DNA from: Thelocarpon superellum
Taxonomy: Eukaryota
NCBI GenBank assembly: GCA_026025795.1
Contig: JAPEUG010000105.1
Coordinates: 1-45,454 of the forward strand
DNA: 45,454 nt
Reading direction: 5' to 3'
Positions 12,459 to 23,956 of the stretch are shown piece after piece. The notes below the pieces were generated by a model. That model had not been told where the DNA came from, made no database searches, and worked only from the letters and a program-made list of their open reading frames with translations. The translations under genes were made by a program, and so were the position numbers. Position 1 is the first letter of the stretch; each line of letters opens with the position of its first letter.

Positions 12459-14987
12459 CGCGCCGTACGGATCGTCGCCCGGTGCGTCGTCGCCGTGCTC
12501 GGGGGGATAGTCCAAGGCATACTGCGTGCCTGCTCGGTATGGGCCAGCCAGCTTGGCGATGACACATGAAGCCAGCCAGAGCTCGTGTGCGCGGGGCGCG
12601 CCGCCGATCGCGTCCGGGGCCTCGTGGATGGGTGGTGACGAGCGGCAGGCGGGTTGGACGACGGCGGAAGACAGGGTGATGGGTCGAGACCGAGGCGGGT
12701 CCCGTGCTTGCTCCCGTGTGCGGTCCCGCGGCGCGTCGCGTGAGTGGCTCCCGTCGCTGGTCCCGTGTGCGGTCCACAAGCTCTGTTTGCCAGGGTGCGG
12801 CGTGGGGAGGGGGCGTGTTTGACGATTGTCGATGGCGCGAGGACAGGTCTGAGAGAGCGGAACCAGACTGAGGATCGAGAGCGGGATGGGCGGCTTGATA
12901 TCGATATGTGATGAACTTATCAGTGCGCACTGCCCTCGACTTAAGAGCAGAGCAGAGTTTGGGAGGATGGTCGAGGCGGGCGCCCTGACATGACGTTTCA
13001 CGCCCAAAGGGTGCAGCTGCGGTGTCGTCAGAGGAGCCGGAGGAAGGCGAGGGACGCCATCGTGCACGCCGAACCCCCTCAAACAGAGTGCTCAAGGCTT
13101 GACGATGCAATAACGTCTCATTTCCAGGCGAAGGCCGGCCCCTACGCCCACCCAGCAACCCCTACCGGCTCTACCGGGGACGACTCGGACTGAGTGCCGG
13201 GCGGATCAGGGCGCGGTCTCAGGGCCCGCCGCCCGCTATGGGCTGATGGGTGCGATGCCGGCCATGAGACATCCGTTAGGGCCGGCGCTGGACCCCGCCC
13301 TCCCAGCCCTAGCCAGTGGCCGAGCCAAACGCGCCGGAATCCCCTCGTGGTTCCGTTCCCGCCTGGTATATTAGGGCCGCCGTCAGGGCATTGCGAGACT
13401 TGGGCTGCACGACCTGCTGCCTTGGTGCTAGAAGGCGAGCCCGCCCGGGGTGAGGTCAGAGCACGACCGGCTTGGCATGTGAAGCGTCGCGGGGGGGGAT
13501 GGCGTAGGGTGGGGCCGTCAGCATAATCCACCGCGGCCGCTCATTAGAGCTACCTAGGTACGGGGGGGGGAAGATGCTGACGAACTTGCCACCAGCCTGA
13601 CCAGGGTCCTGGGCAGGCTGGTGGGGACCGCATGATGAAACGGACGAGGGTAGCCGTGCGTCAAAACATGGTCGAGCGCCGTCGCTTCGCCTGGTCGGCG
13701 TCGTAGCAGCAGCTACGACGACGGTGGGGGCGGAAGTGGAGGAGGCGTTGGAGCTGGTGGAGCTGGTGGACCTGGCGGAGGTGAGAGGAGGACGGGTCAG
13801 CCGCATCGGGCGAACCAGTGCATCCACAGACCAAGGCATAGTGAGGGCTCCATCGTCGAAGCCAGGGAGAATCTTTCTTCTGGTCATTGGGACAAGAACG
13901 CATGAGCCTCGCGTACTTGCCGATCCTGAAGCGATCCTCGTTTCTAAAGCAAGCACTCCATCGCGAGCCTCGGGTGAAGCATGAGAAGGGCACAGGGCCT
14001 GTGCGTACGAGCGCACGACCTGCCCGGGGCTGCGGTGCGTGCTGGGAGGGTGGGAGGGTGGGAGGGAGGGAAGGGGGACGGGAGATGGACCGGGGCAGAG
14101 CACGGTTCACTCCGCCGTGGGTCCCGGAGTAGATGGAGCTTGCTTCAGGCGCATGGGTCAAGTTGTGCCACGACAGATGCTTGCATCAATGCATCTCTTT
14201 GTCCCCATCATCGAGCTCGCCTGCGGCGATGGATACGAGAGATCGTAGATAGAGTTGATCGGTGCCCGGCACCGTTAAGGCTGGGCACTCCAGCGTGGCC
14301 TATCACCCGCCCGCCTAACCAGCGAAAGGGGGCGGGGGAGTGTTGGTCGGTGTGGGAGGACGGGCGCTGTGACGGGACCCTGGCCGACCACAGCCACCTC
14401 CGCGATGGCATTCACAACGCCGACGACACGGCATTCCACGCATCCGCGGGGGTGTGTGAGAGTTGTGCACACGGTGTGCACTATGCAGAGGGCGGAGGGT
14501 TCCATGGGGCACGTCGTGCGACATCGCGCCACGGGTTGGTGGCGACGATCTTCTCCGCGAAGGCTCAACTTGCGGGACGATACCGGGTGGGGTCTGCGCA
14601 GATACCAACTTCAAATACGTGGACTTTATGGCATGACGATTGGCCAAACCTCGACCATTGTCACAAACGACGTGCGATGCTACGTCGCCCACTGGCAACA
14701 CGACCTGCAGACATAAATTGCATACGCACACACTACACCAAAACCCCCCCTCAACACATCCTGCACGCGCTACCGCGTTCCAGTGGATTAGGCGGCCGCC
14801 GCAACGGAGGCCCTCGCCTCGGTTACGGAGTCGCTTACCTGGCACCATGGCATTGTCTGCCGGCGATGCATTGTCCTCCTAGAAGCCTTCATCAAGAGCC
14901 CGCCGGGCATGCGTGTCGTCGCAGCCGGCTCATGCTCACCCTCTGGCTACCGCTCGCGGCACATCAAAGAGAAGATCGGATAGAATC

Positions 14988-15084
14988 CACGCGGAAGCTA
15001 CGCGGAAGCCATGCGGAATCCATGCGGAAGGCCTGAGGAAGACCTGAGGAAGACCTGAGAAAGCTCCATGGAAGCCATGAAGGA
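14988..15084. repeat. Degenerate 11-bp tandem array (about 9 units, GGAAG core)
   Basis: Units cacgcggaagc/tacgcggaagc/catgcggaatc/catgcggaagg/cctgaggaaga/cctgaggaaga/cctgagaaagc/tccatggaagc/catgaagga. Confidence 0.85.
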
Positions 15085-15831
15085 CCCTCTTTAAAGCACA
15101 AGAAGAAGAAGGGCGGTACAATTGATGCATCGGGGATTTTTAATCTGCCAGGAACTAGGGCTTGTCGCAATAGGACGCGTGCTATGGCCGCGATGCCATG
15201 CCTGAATGGGCCTCGGGTCAGGTCCTCAGCCCGGGCTGGGACGCGCTCATTGGATCAAGTTTCCTCCATTTCACTCAGCTGCCGCGAAGGTCGTGTGCGT
15301 CGACTATCCGACTTCAGGCCGTGACCAAGAGATGGAACCAATACCATAGATGGTAATCCACCCCGCCGTTCCCGCAAATAGCCCCGTGGGCGGAAGCCTG
15401 ATCATGCTCTGAAAATCCTGGGACCATAGCACCCACAGCCCCGCTACGTCACTCATCCGCGGCCGCTGCGCCCTCACCTCCTTCCGGACCCAGCCCAGAC
15501 CAGATCCATGTCGCCCTAAAGAAAAGCTGGCACATGACTGCTATCGCGTGCATTGAATGGTATGTGTGAAGAAATTGAGATCACACATCGCGGCCCCCCC
15601 ATCCGTCCCCCCTTCCCTACCTCCACGCGGCGGCGGTGGCGATGTCGCGTCAAATGAAAGCATGTGGGCACGATCGTTCCTCTGTACGCCTGTGCCCCCA
15701 ATCCCTAAAGATGCCGAGTCGAAGAGGCGTAGACGGGAGCGGATGTGGACCCTGTCAGCGGTCAGGGCCGTTGCCGCAGAGATGGCCGATGTCACGGGTG
15801 GACCACCCGCGGCATCCTGACCATCTCCGAA

Positions 15832-17105
15832 CTACAATCTTCCCCCAAAGTGCTCCTTTGCGTATTGTTCGCACGCCTTTGGCTCGTCGTCATCATTAGT
15901 ACCACGCCGACATCGCTCGAGAGGAGTTGCGACTGACCTTGGCAGGCTTGCCCACCTTCTGCCCGATCACCTTCCACTTGCTCGTCTCGTACTCCTTGAT
16001 GGCGGCGAGCAAGGCCGCGCTCTGTACGTACGACCCGCTCATCAGCCTCTGCACACCATGACTGCGGCGTGACGGCGGTACTCACCTCGTCTTCCGCAAA
16101 CTCGGCATAGTGCATGTCCTGTGCGAGTCGGTGAGCCCCGGTCCACTCGGCTTGGAGCGTATCTGACATGGCACCATACCTTGTACCAGTGCTTTTTGAC
16201 GCTCCCTTCAGTCCGATTGGGAAAGGTCTGGAGTCCAGCACGTCAGCGTCACGGCCTTGGGCAGCAAGAAATATCACCATCCACGAGCCGAGATGGTCGG
16301 TGCGGAAGACGCACCTTGGCAATCTCACTCCAGCTGTTTCCAGCGTCCCGCATCGTCTTCAACCGCTGCTCCTCAGCCGGTGACCACGGCGTGTTCGTTC
16401 GACTCTTCTTCGTCGCCGGCGAGGATGACACGCCCTCGCCGCCCTCATCCGCAGCCTCCGCCCCCGACGGCGCCGTGGCAGACCCGGCTTGCGGGCCCGG
16501 GGCCTTGCGCTTTCGCACGCTTGGCGACGTCGTCTGCGGCGGCGGGGCGATGGTGCCGTATGGGGCCTGTCCGGCTAACGAGGGCTCCGCAAATGTCATC
16601 CCTGGCGCGAGCGGATCCGATCGCGCCTGCACGACAGGCTGCGTGGGATCGGGCGCCGGTTGGAGGTTTCGTTTCGACATGGGCGACGGAGCACTGTCAT
16701 TGCTCGCGTCAGTCTATCGCGAACCCCGGGTCGTGCGCGCGCGCCTGCGCCGGTGCTGCCCTGCCCGTTCATGGGTCGCCGTGGCCAGCGATTCTCGAGC
16801 GATAAGGGGACATCGCACGGCGAAGGGAGGGGCAGAAAGGAGAGAGAAGGGCGAAAGGAGACGGAGGGCAGGGGCGCGGCGGAACGGCCACGATCCTCAA
16901 CGGGAGATCGCCGGGTTACACGTGTGGTTGGTGCGCGCGGTTGCGGGGGAAGAGTGGTGGGGGAAGGGCCCGCCAGCGATGAGATGACGGCGAGCACGCA
17001 GCCAGCGACGAGAGCAGTAGCAGCACGGGGGAGGGGAGTAGCTTACCTTGCGGTGATGATCTGGTACTCAGACTGGTCGCTCGCATGGGGGAGGAATTCG
17101 TACAT
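15832..17105 (-). CDS. Myb/SANT-domain transcription factor (Myb-2); exons 17105-17047, 16693-16315, 16227-16180, 16118-16086, 16021-15938, 15876-15832
   Basis: Spliced product contains TPWSPAEEQRLKTMRDAGNSWSEIAK|TFPNRTEGSVKKHWYK|DMHYAEFAEDE|SAALLAAIKEYETSKWKVIGQKVGKPAK|ACEQYAKEHFGGRL*. Upstream exon MYEFLPHASDQSEYQIITA joins in frame via intron 17046-16694 (GTAAGC...ACTGAC...CAG). Confidence 0.9.
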
Positions 17106-18598
17106 TGGGTCAGCGGTCACGCACGGCGCGGGTCACTGGAGGTGGTGGCGGGTGTGGGTTGGGGAGTGTAACATGCGATGGGGCGCTTCGGCGACGGTGC
17201 GGAGGTCGGTCGAGTCGGGTCGAGTCGAGTCAAGTCGAGACGGGGCGAGTTCGGAAGCGGTCGTTGTGGATCGTCGTGTCCAGAGATCGGAGCCCGGCGG
17301 CGGAGCACGTCAGTGGACGAGGAGGCGGGGGGCAACGATGCGGGCCAGGGTCGAGCGGCGGCGATATGCGAGGATGGCATGCAGCTCTTCGTAGCGGGAC
17401 CGGACAACACCCGCGATGCGATACCACGGAAGGCCGACGGCGGAGGTATCTGGCGATTTACGGAGTACTTGGCCTTCTGTACGAGGGGGGCCGGGTAGGG
17501 TGGATGGGGAGGCGACGGCAGCGGCAGCGACAGCGACAGCGACGGCGGTCGTGGTCACAGTCGGTCGCGGTCGCAAGAATAGCCCGGAGCCGCAGCAGCG
17601 TCGGGAGGCGAAAGACAGCAGCACAGACAGGTACGAGTACAGGCACAGGTCGGGGGAGAAGCAGTGAACACCAAAGGACGCAGGGCGTGGGTGTCGTCGG
17701 TGCGGAGCGCTGGGTAGCGGGTGCTGGGTCGTGAATGCTGGCTGGCCGTGTCGCTGATGGCGGTCCCTCACCTGCCTCGCCCAGGCGATAGGCACTACGG
17801 TCGCTACGGTGGAGTCCCGCCCAAGGCCGGTCCCGCCCACTCTCCCCTGCTCGTGGCCCCACGACTCCCGTCGGCGGGGGACCAATGCGGGGTAGACAAA
17901 GCACGGGGGGCTGGCAGCACCACGATAGCGGCGGCCACCGCCGCCCCGACGGGCCTGCCGCGGTCCCAGCGCGCGCCTTTTGCGAGAGAAACGGCGTCAG
18001 ATTCGCCAGCGCGCACTTGGCCCTTGACCCTTGGCCCCACCACGCGAGTCCGCTGAGCACGCAACATCTACAAGGGCGGCGCGATGTCCGATGGGATCCT
18101 GCACGATCACTGGGGGCGAGCGATGGGGGTGGTGGGGGGACCACGGAGGGTGTGGCGGCGCAAGAGAGGAATGAGGGAGGGAAAGAGCGGCGCCGTCGCG
18201 CTCGCCTCGCACCGGGAAGGCTCCGAGGGTCGAGGGTGAAGCGATTGCAACTGAGTGGGCAGCCGAAGCGAGCGATGAAGCGAAGCATGCGGCGCCCCAC
18301 CCGTTCGAACTCGCTCCGGAACGCCGCTGCCACGACACATCCAACACGTCCAACAGAAGCATCGGCTCTCCAACGTCGCAGGGAGTGTGCCCGAGACATC
18401 GGCCCTCCGCACACAATGCTTCAATCATTCCGACATGTCCTCGGTGGGACCTACACACGATGCTTCAATCACGTTCGGTGAGTGCGCGCATAATTGGAGG
18501 GGATGATTCGACACGCTCGTGTCGGGAACGCGGGGGCCCTCCGACACGGCGGCGCTGGCTGCAAGCCTGCGGGCGCGGAGCCTCGAGGCTGGAAGCAA

Positions 18599-18635
18599 GA
18601 GGCACGAGGCACGAGGCACGAGGCACGAGGCACGA
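18599..18635. repeat. Tandem heptamer (GAGGCAC)x5
   Basis: Direct reading of the sequence. Confidence 0.9.
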
Positions 18636-18797
18636 AGGCGTGCGCCGCCGAGGGTCGGGCTCGCCGCCACCTCTCTCGGCTCTGCGCATTGCCCAGCTGC
18701 AGGTCTTAGTGGTAGCCAGCAGCGGTCCATGGATTGGGCGCATTTCGTGCATTTCGTTGCCGCGCAGTAGTCGCCCGTCGGAGTGCCCAAGAGCAGA

Positions 18798-18869
18798 GCA
18801 AGTAGCAGCAGCTGTAGCAGCAGCTGTAGCAGCAGCAGTAGCAGCAATAGAAGCAGCAGCAGCAGCAGC
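18798..18869. repeat. Imperfect (GCA)n trinucleotide microsatellite
   Basis: gtagcagcagctgtagcagcagctgtagcagcagcagtagcagcaatagaagcagcagcagcagcagc. Confidence 0.85.
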
Positions 18870-19527
18870 GTCTATGAGCACGAGTGCACGCGGAGGAGAA
18901 GGGGCTATTCGAAAGGGCGCATAACGCATGCTGTGGCCCTGGTTTCGATCGTCCAACCTTCTGGAATATCATGACGCGCTCATCATCTCCCGTTCCTCGT
19001 TGGTGCGGTCTCGTTGAGGTCACGAGTGGCTCCACGGGGAAAGAAGGTGGCACAGTTGTGTTGGAGGACGCAGCGGCGTCGCTATTGGCTAGCGAAGCGG
19101 GCCGCCAAAGGCCGTCCGGTTCCGACCGAACGTCTCGTAGTGGTTAGGGTGGAATTTGGTTTCGCTGTTGAAACCCCTGGCCTGCATCTTGCACGATCCG
19201 CTCGATCCCATCTCCGCCCGTCTCCTGGATCGCTCAGCTCTTGGCGCGGCCGCGACCGCGACCAGCCGATCCGATCCCCTCTTGCCCACTCGGGCCACCA
19301 CGTCCTTCGAGGCCTCTGCACAAAGCCGACCCGAGACGTCTAGAAGTGCACATCCGTGGGGATGTGCACGGATGTGCCTATTCTTACCATCAGAGTTGCG
19401 CCTGACGTTCGCTCCAGCCTTTGCTCCAAACTTTGCACGCCCGACCCCCATCCGCGCGCGCGAGAGCGTGCGATGACATCGCAGGAAAGTGTAACGGAGG
19501 TTCAGGTTCATATGTGCGACACTCGAG

Positions 19528-19578
19528 GCCACGGGGCGCACAGGGCGCACGGGGCGCACGGGGCGCACGGGGCACACG
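19528..19578. repeat. Tandem 9-mer (GCACGGGGC)x~5, imperfect
   Basis: gccacggggcgcacagggcgcacggggcgcacggggcgcacggggcacacgg. Confidence 0.88.
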
Positions 19579-21822
19579 GTTGGGGCGAGCCGCGTTCCTG
19601 CTGGATGTCGAGAACATGTTTTGTGGGGATGACAGGATGGCGCGAGGTGGCGAGCCAGCATATGTGTTCCTGTAATCTGGAGGGATAAGATCCCAGTCGA
19701 TTCGATAATTGATAAGGACGACTCTATGTAAAATGTGTCGACTGGGGGGACATTTCAATTGAATCGTTGCAGTCAAAAAGCAAACCCCGGTCGAGTCGGC
19801 GGGCACACGAGCCGCCCGCTTAACCAATGAGGTTCAGGCGAGGGAAGGAACAAGGCTGGGAAATAGCGAAGGGATCGTCCGACAGCAACGAAACACTTTA
19901 CCTACCTTGCCCGCACGGTTCACGGCCATGGCAAACTGGAATTTCTCCGCTCCGACGCAGATTTCAGGAGAACCCGTGTGCTGAGGAACCGCAGGACAGG
20001 ACCGCACAGACCGTACGCGCCTACCTGACGCACTCACACCCGGACAGGTTGCTTTGTCCTTTGTGCTGGGAGTCGCTCTTGGCATGATCGGATCCCCTCG
20101 AGACGAGCCTGAGTAGTAGGCGACGACGAGGGCGACGATGTGACAAACCTTGCACGATGCAGATGTGTCGGGGCGAAGGGGTGTGTGGGTGCGAGTGTTC
20201 GGTGGGGTGTTCGTGGCGAGGGGCGGATGTACCTCCGTACCTCCGTGCGGGTACGGAGTAACCTCGAGCGCGCAAGTATCCGTGTTAGCTTACGCGATCA
20301 TCCGATGCTGCTGGAGTTTGGTCGGGTTCATGCAACAAGACGTTCAGCGTTCGCCGTTCATGCTTCGCCTCACGGGACTTGTGTCGGATGGCAGAGGCGC
20401 AGACGAACGGGTATGGTCGATGAAGCAACACGCGACGAAGCGACGAAGCATTGCTGTACCTGGCGCTGCCACCGTTTCCAACGTCCTCGCCCCGTAGCTG
20501 TTAGCTTGCCGATGCGGCGAGCCCGGGTGCGCGGATCACCGCAAGCTCTGGGCCACCAGCTCCGCCGTGGCTGCTCCGCTGCTATTCGAGGCTCGCGTGC
20601 GGATCGGACCAGGGGACGATGGCTGCTCGATGGGCCTCGGGTGCCAATCACGGCCTGTGTTGGGCGCTGGCCGGCTTTCTGGGTTTGTCGTTTGGGGAGA
20701 CGACAGCTCTGGCAAGGCCTAGCCGCGGTCACCAACGCTCGGGCCTGGGAGCTGTCGTGGGTAATTTGGTTAAGGCTCGGTAGCCGAGTTTCGGCTGCAA
20801 CGCCACTTGGCCGCCCAGCGCTGACGCGAGACAACCGTCTGAACGAGCATCCTGATTATCCCAGTTAGTGCGGGCGAACCCTCGACCCTCGCGCCGCTGC
20901 ATAGCACGTCTCGACTCGCACACTGGCAAGCTTCGTTGCGACCCCCGTCTCCACCCCTCCGGCCATGACCATGGCGCTGTCGACGCGGATCCCCCCCGCG
21001 AGGGGTGAACGAGGCCCGGTTCAACGTCAAGCGCTCTCGCACGTCCCACCTTGCAGCGGCCCGGCGAGCCCTCCCACGTTTGCCGTGGCCTGCATCCAGC
21101 ATCGCGCGTCAGGAACGGCGGCCATCGAGGAGCCCCCCCCGGCCTCCCACCCCACCGGCGCCGGACATCAAACGTATCTGCCGATCGAGCGCGCGAGTGA
21201 GTGAGGGACCCGGGCGGCCAGAACGGCGACCAGGCGGTCAGGTCTCGTCAACCCTCCTCTCTCCCTCCTGGCTCAATCGGGGCTGGCCTCCACACGCGGC
21301 AGCGCAAGTGTGGGTTTGAAACGTTGCCCCATCGGACCTCTGACAAGGTCTCGTTGATATGATGGCGCTCGATCGCTCACAAAGTTCATACACGCTCTCC
21401 ATCTCTAACACTTCATCTTCTCGAACAGAACGCCAGACCCTGGTGTCAAAGTCCTGATTCTATTACCGGTGCTGCGACACGGTTCAGGAGACTCTTGGCT
21501 CTGCTTCCCCTCCCATCTGCTGGACCTCACTCTTATATCACCCTCCCCGCCCGCTCCATCATCTCTCTTCCCGCCTCTACCGTCCAGCACCACTCTCGCT
21601 TTCTTGCCCCGCTCTCCTCTACTCGTGCGTCGTGCATTCCCACTGGTTGGGCCGGTCTTTGCACTTCACTTCACTTCTCTTCTACGGCATCTGGCTCTGC
21701 GAGCCCCTTGTCGTCGCTTCTCCTACCCAGCAGCCAGTTCGTGACTGTTGTCGGCTTCTCCCACGCCACCTCCACTACCCCGCTCCTCGTAATACTCTCG
21801 GATCCTCCGTTGTACCTCCACC

Positions 21823-23003
21823 ATGGCTACCGTTAGCATGAGCATGAGCCCCGCGGCTCCTACGGCCTACCCCCCCAATGAGCACGCGGTCTCGCCTATG
21901 AGCGCGGTCGAGCGTCATGACTTTGGCGCCCAGAAGAACCGCAAGTACTCCTCCACGGGCGGCGGACGCGCCTGGACCGAACAAGAGGTGAGCAGTGACC
22001 CCTCCTCCGTTCCCCACCCTCTCACTCGGATGCTCATATCCTGCAGGAGGTCTACCTTCTCCAGACACGTCTCCAAAAGATGCCCTACAAGCACATCGCG
22101 GCCCACCTCAAGAAGACGGAGTTGGCCTGCCGTCTCCACTACCACCAGCTGTCACATGGCACCAACCGCCGCAAGCGTGCGACGTCCATCTCCTCGTGCT
22201 CCTCGGGCCAGTCCCCCATGACGCCGGAGCAGCGCATGTCCCCGGACGTGGAGGTGGCCACGGCCTTTGCCACGCCCGACCGGTCGCCCATTGAGGGGTC
22301 TGTGAAGCTCTGGAACATCCGCGAAGACGTGGCACATTCGCCCTCGGATTCACCCCAGATGGCGCAAAAGCCGCTCCTACCCAAGCCCATCTCGGCCTAT
22401 CCCCGTCACGCGCGAGCCATCAACAAGGTGCTGCGCCTGGACTGCCGCACCAACATCGGCCGGACCCGGCCAATGATCAACCGTGAACGGCTCCGACAGG
22501 TCTACGAGGCTCATCGGGTCAGCTTCTGGAAGATGATCGCGGCGGACTACGGAGAGGGCGCAGATCCGGCCATGCTGGAGGAGATCTGGCGCGACGGCGG
22601 CGTGCAGGGCTCGGCGACACCGCAGAGCTCGATGGCATCGCTGAGCTCGATGACACCCGAGTCGGCCGTCGAAGACATGCGACTCGGTGCTGAGGTGATC
22701 CGACGACTGGCGCCGTCGGCCTTGCCTCCGCTGGGCCCGTCGGATCGAGAGCGTGCCTTCAGCCCGATCAACCGCATGGGATCGTCTGCGCTCAGCTACG
22801 GCACCAACGCTCGCACCTTGCCGGCCCCGCACTCGCACTCGTCGCCGCCGAGCGCCAAGCCCGGCAACGGATCGGATATGCGTGCCACGGCTATCTCCAA
22901 CCTCTTGACCGAGAACATTGAGACGAGGCGATCGCTCAAGCTCAACACGAACGCCGTCGGTGACCGTGATGAGCCCATGAAGGACGTCGCGTCGTCGGCA
23001 TGA
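21823..23003 (+). CDS. Myb/SANT-domain transcription factor (Myb-3); exons 21823-21987 and 22047-23003
   Basis: GGGRAWTEQE|EVYLLQTRLQKMPYKHIAAHLKKTELACRLHYHQLSHG Myb repeat across intron 21988-22046 (GTGAGC...GCTCAT...CAG); a second helical block RLRQVYEAHRVSFWKMIAADYG; C-terminal TAISNLL motif. Confidence 0.9.
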
Positions 23004-23956
23004 TACGACACCAGGGATAGTCGACTCCGGTCGGCCGGCCTGAAACTATGTACAGAGTGCGGACTGCCTGTTTTCTTTTGGCTCGGCGCTCGGTGTGGAT
23101 TTGGATTCGCACCCACGGTCCTTTCTGGAAAATGTGTTCTCCTTGTTCCGTTCATCCTACACACGTCACCGACCTTCGTCACCCCTTTGCACTGATGGAT
23201 CGAGGAACGATCTGGCGTGTCTGCCCGCTTTGACGCTATCCTATTTTCTCCATAATACGAGTCCGCTCGGTTTACGGTCCCTACCACGCCCATTGTCCGG
23301 GCCATGAGATGAGCTGAGAAGGTTCTTTTGATGTGGATTGTGAATCTTGAATCACATGTCTGATGAATGAGCTGTCCTTCTGACGTAGCGTGAATCGGTC
23401 GGCCTGAGACAAATGATGTGACGAACGAACGGATGGAGTGGACAGGTGAACGATCGAAGGAGGCGAATGTTGGAGGTTGATGATGATCGTGTCAGCTCGT
23501 CGCAGCTGACATGGCTAACACATGGGCAGGGACAAGCGTGCACGTAACGAGGATCACCGCTACTGGCGAAACCACGGCAGGGCGCTCCCCCGAACTCTGT
23601 CCAGCAGACTTCGTGAGGGAGCACGCAATGCCATGGGAACTGCTATACTGGGTATTTTAGCCCACCGTAATTCCTACGGAGTGCGAGTACACTCGCACTC
23701 TTGTCGCCACGCCTCGGATCTGTAGTGGGCAAGATGTTGACGAACCAATCGGGATCTTTCCGGCCGCGACATACCATGTCGCAGTAGGCAGAGCTTTTAT
23801 GAGTGGATTGGTTCTTCTAGCTAGCTAAGCCGGGAACGGTGGATATACCCAGGCTAATCCTGGGTCAGGTGACCGTAGCGTCAGGTGACCGTAACATACC
23901 ACCCACCACACCCCACGGCGCTGAGACTGGCATCTCTCGATGGACGACATTGTACG

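Noticed and set aside
14988..15084. Repeat arrays as CRISPR or transposon ends
   Set aside because: Eukaryotic DNA, units are short and lack spacers, and no transposase, LTR or TIR pair was found.
13273..19497. Canonical Myb sites (TAACGG/CCGTTA) at 13273, 14272 and 19492 as evidence for cross-regulation
   Set aside because: Three hexamers in about 8 kb is roughly chance frequency, and the specificity of these proteins is unknown.
13142..21800. Many 60-350 aa Arg/Gly/Pro-rich ORFs in the Myb spacers
   Set aside because: Low-complexity translations expected in high-GC non-coding DNA; no codon bias or motifs like the real genes.
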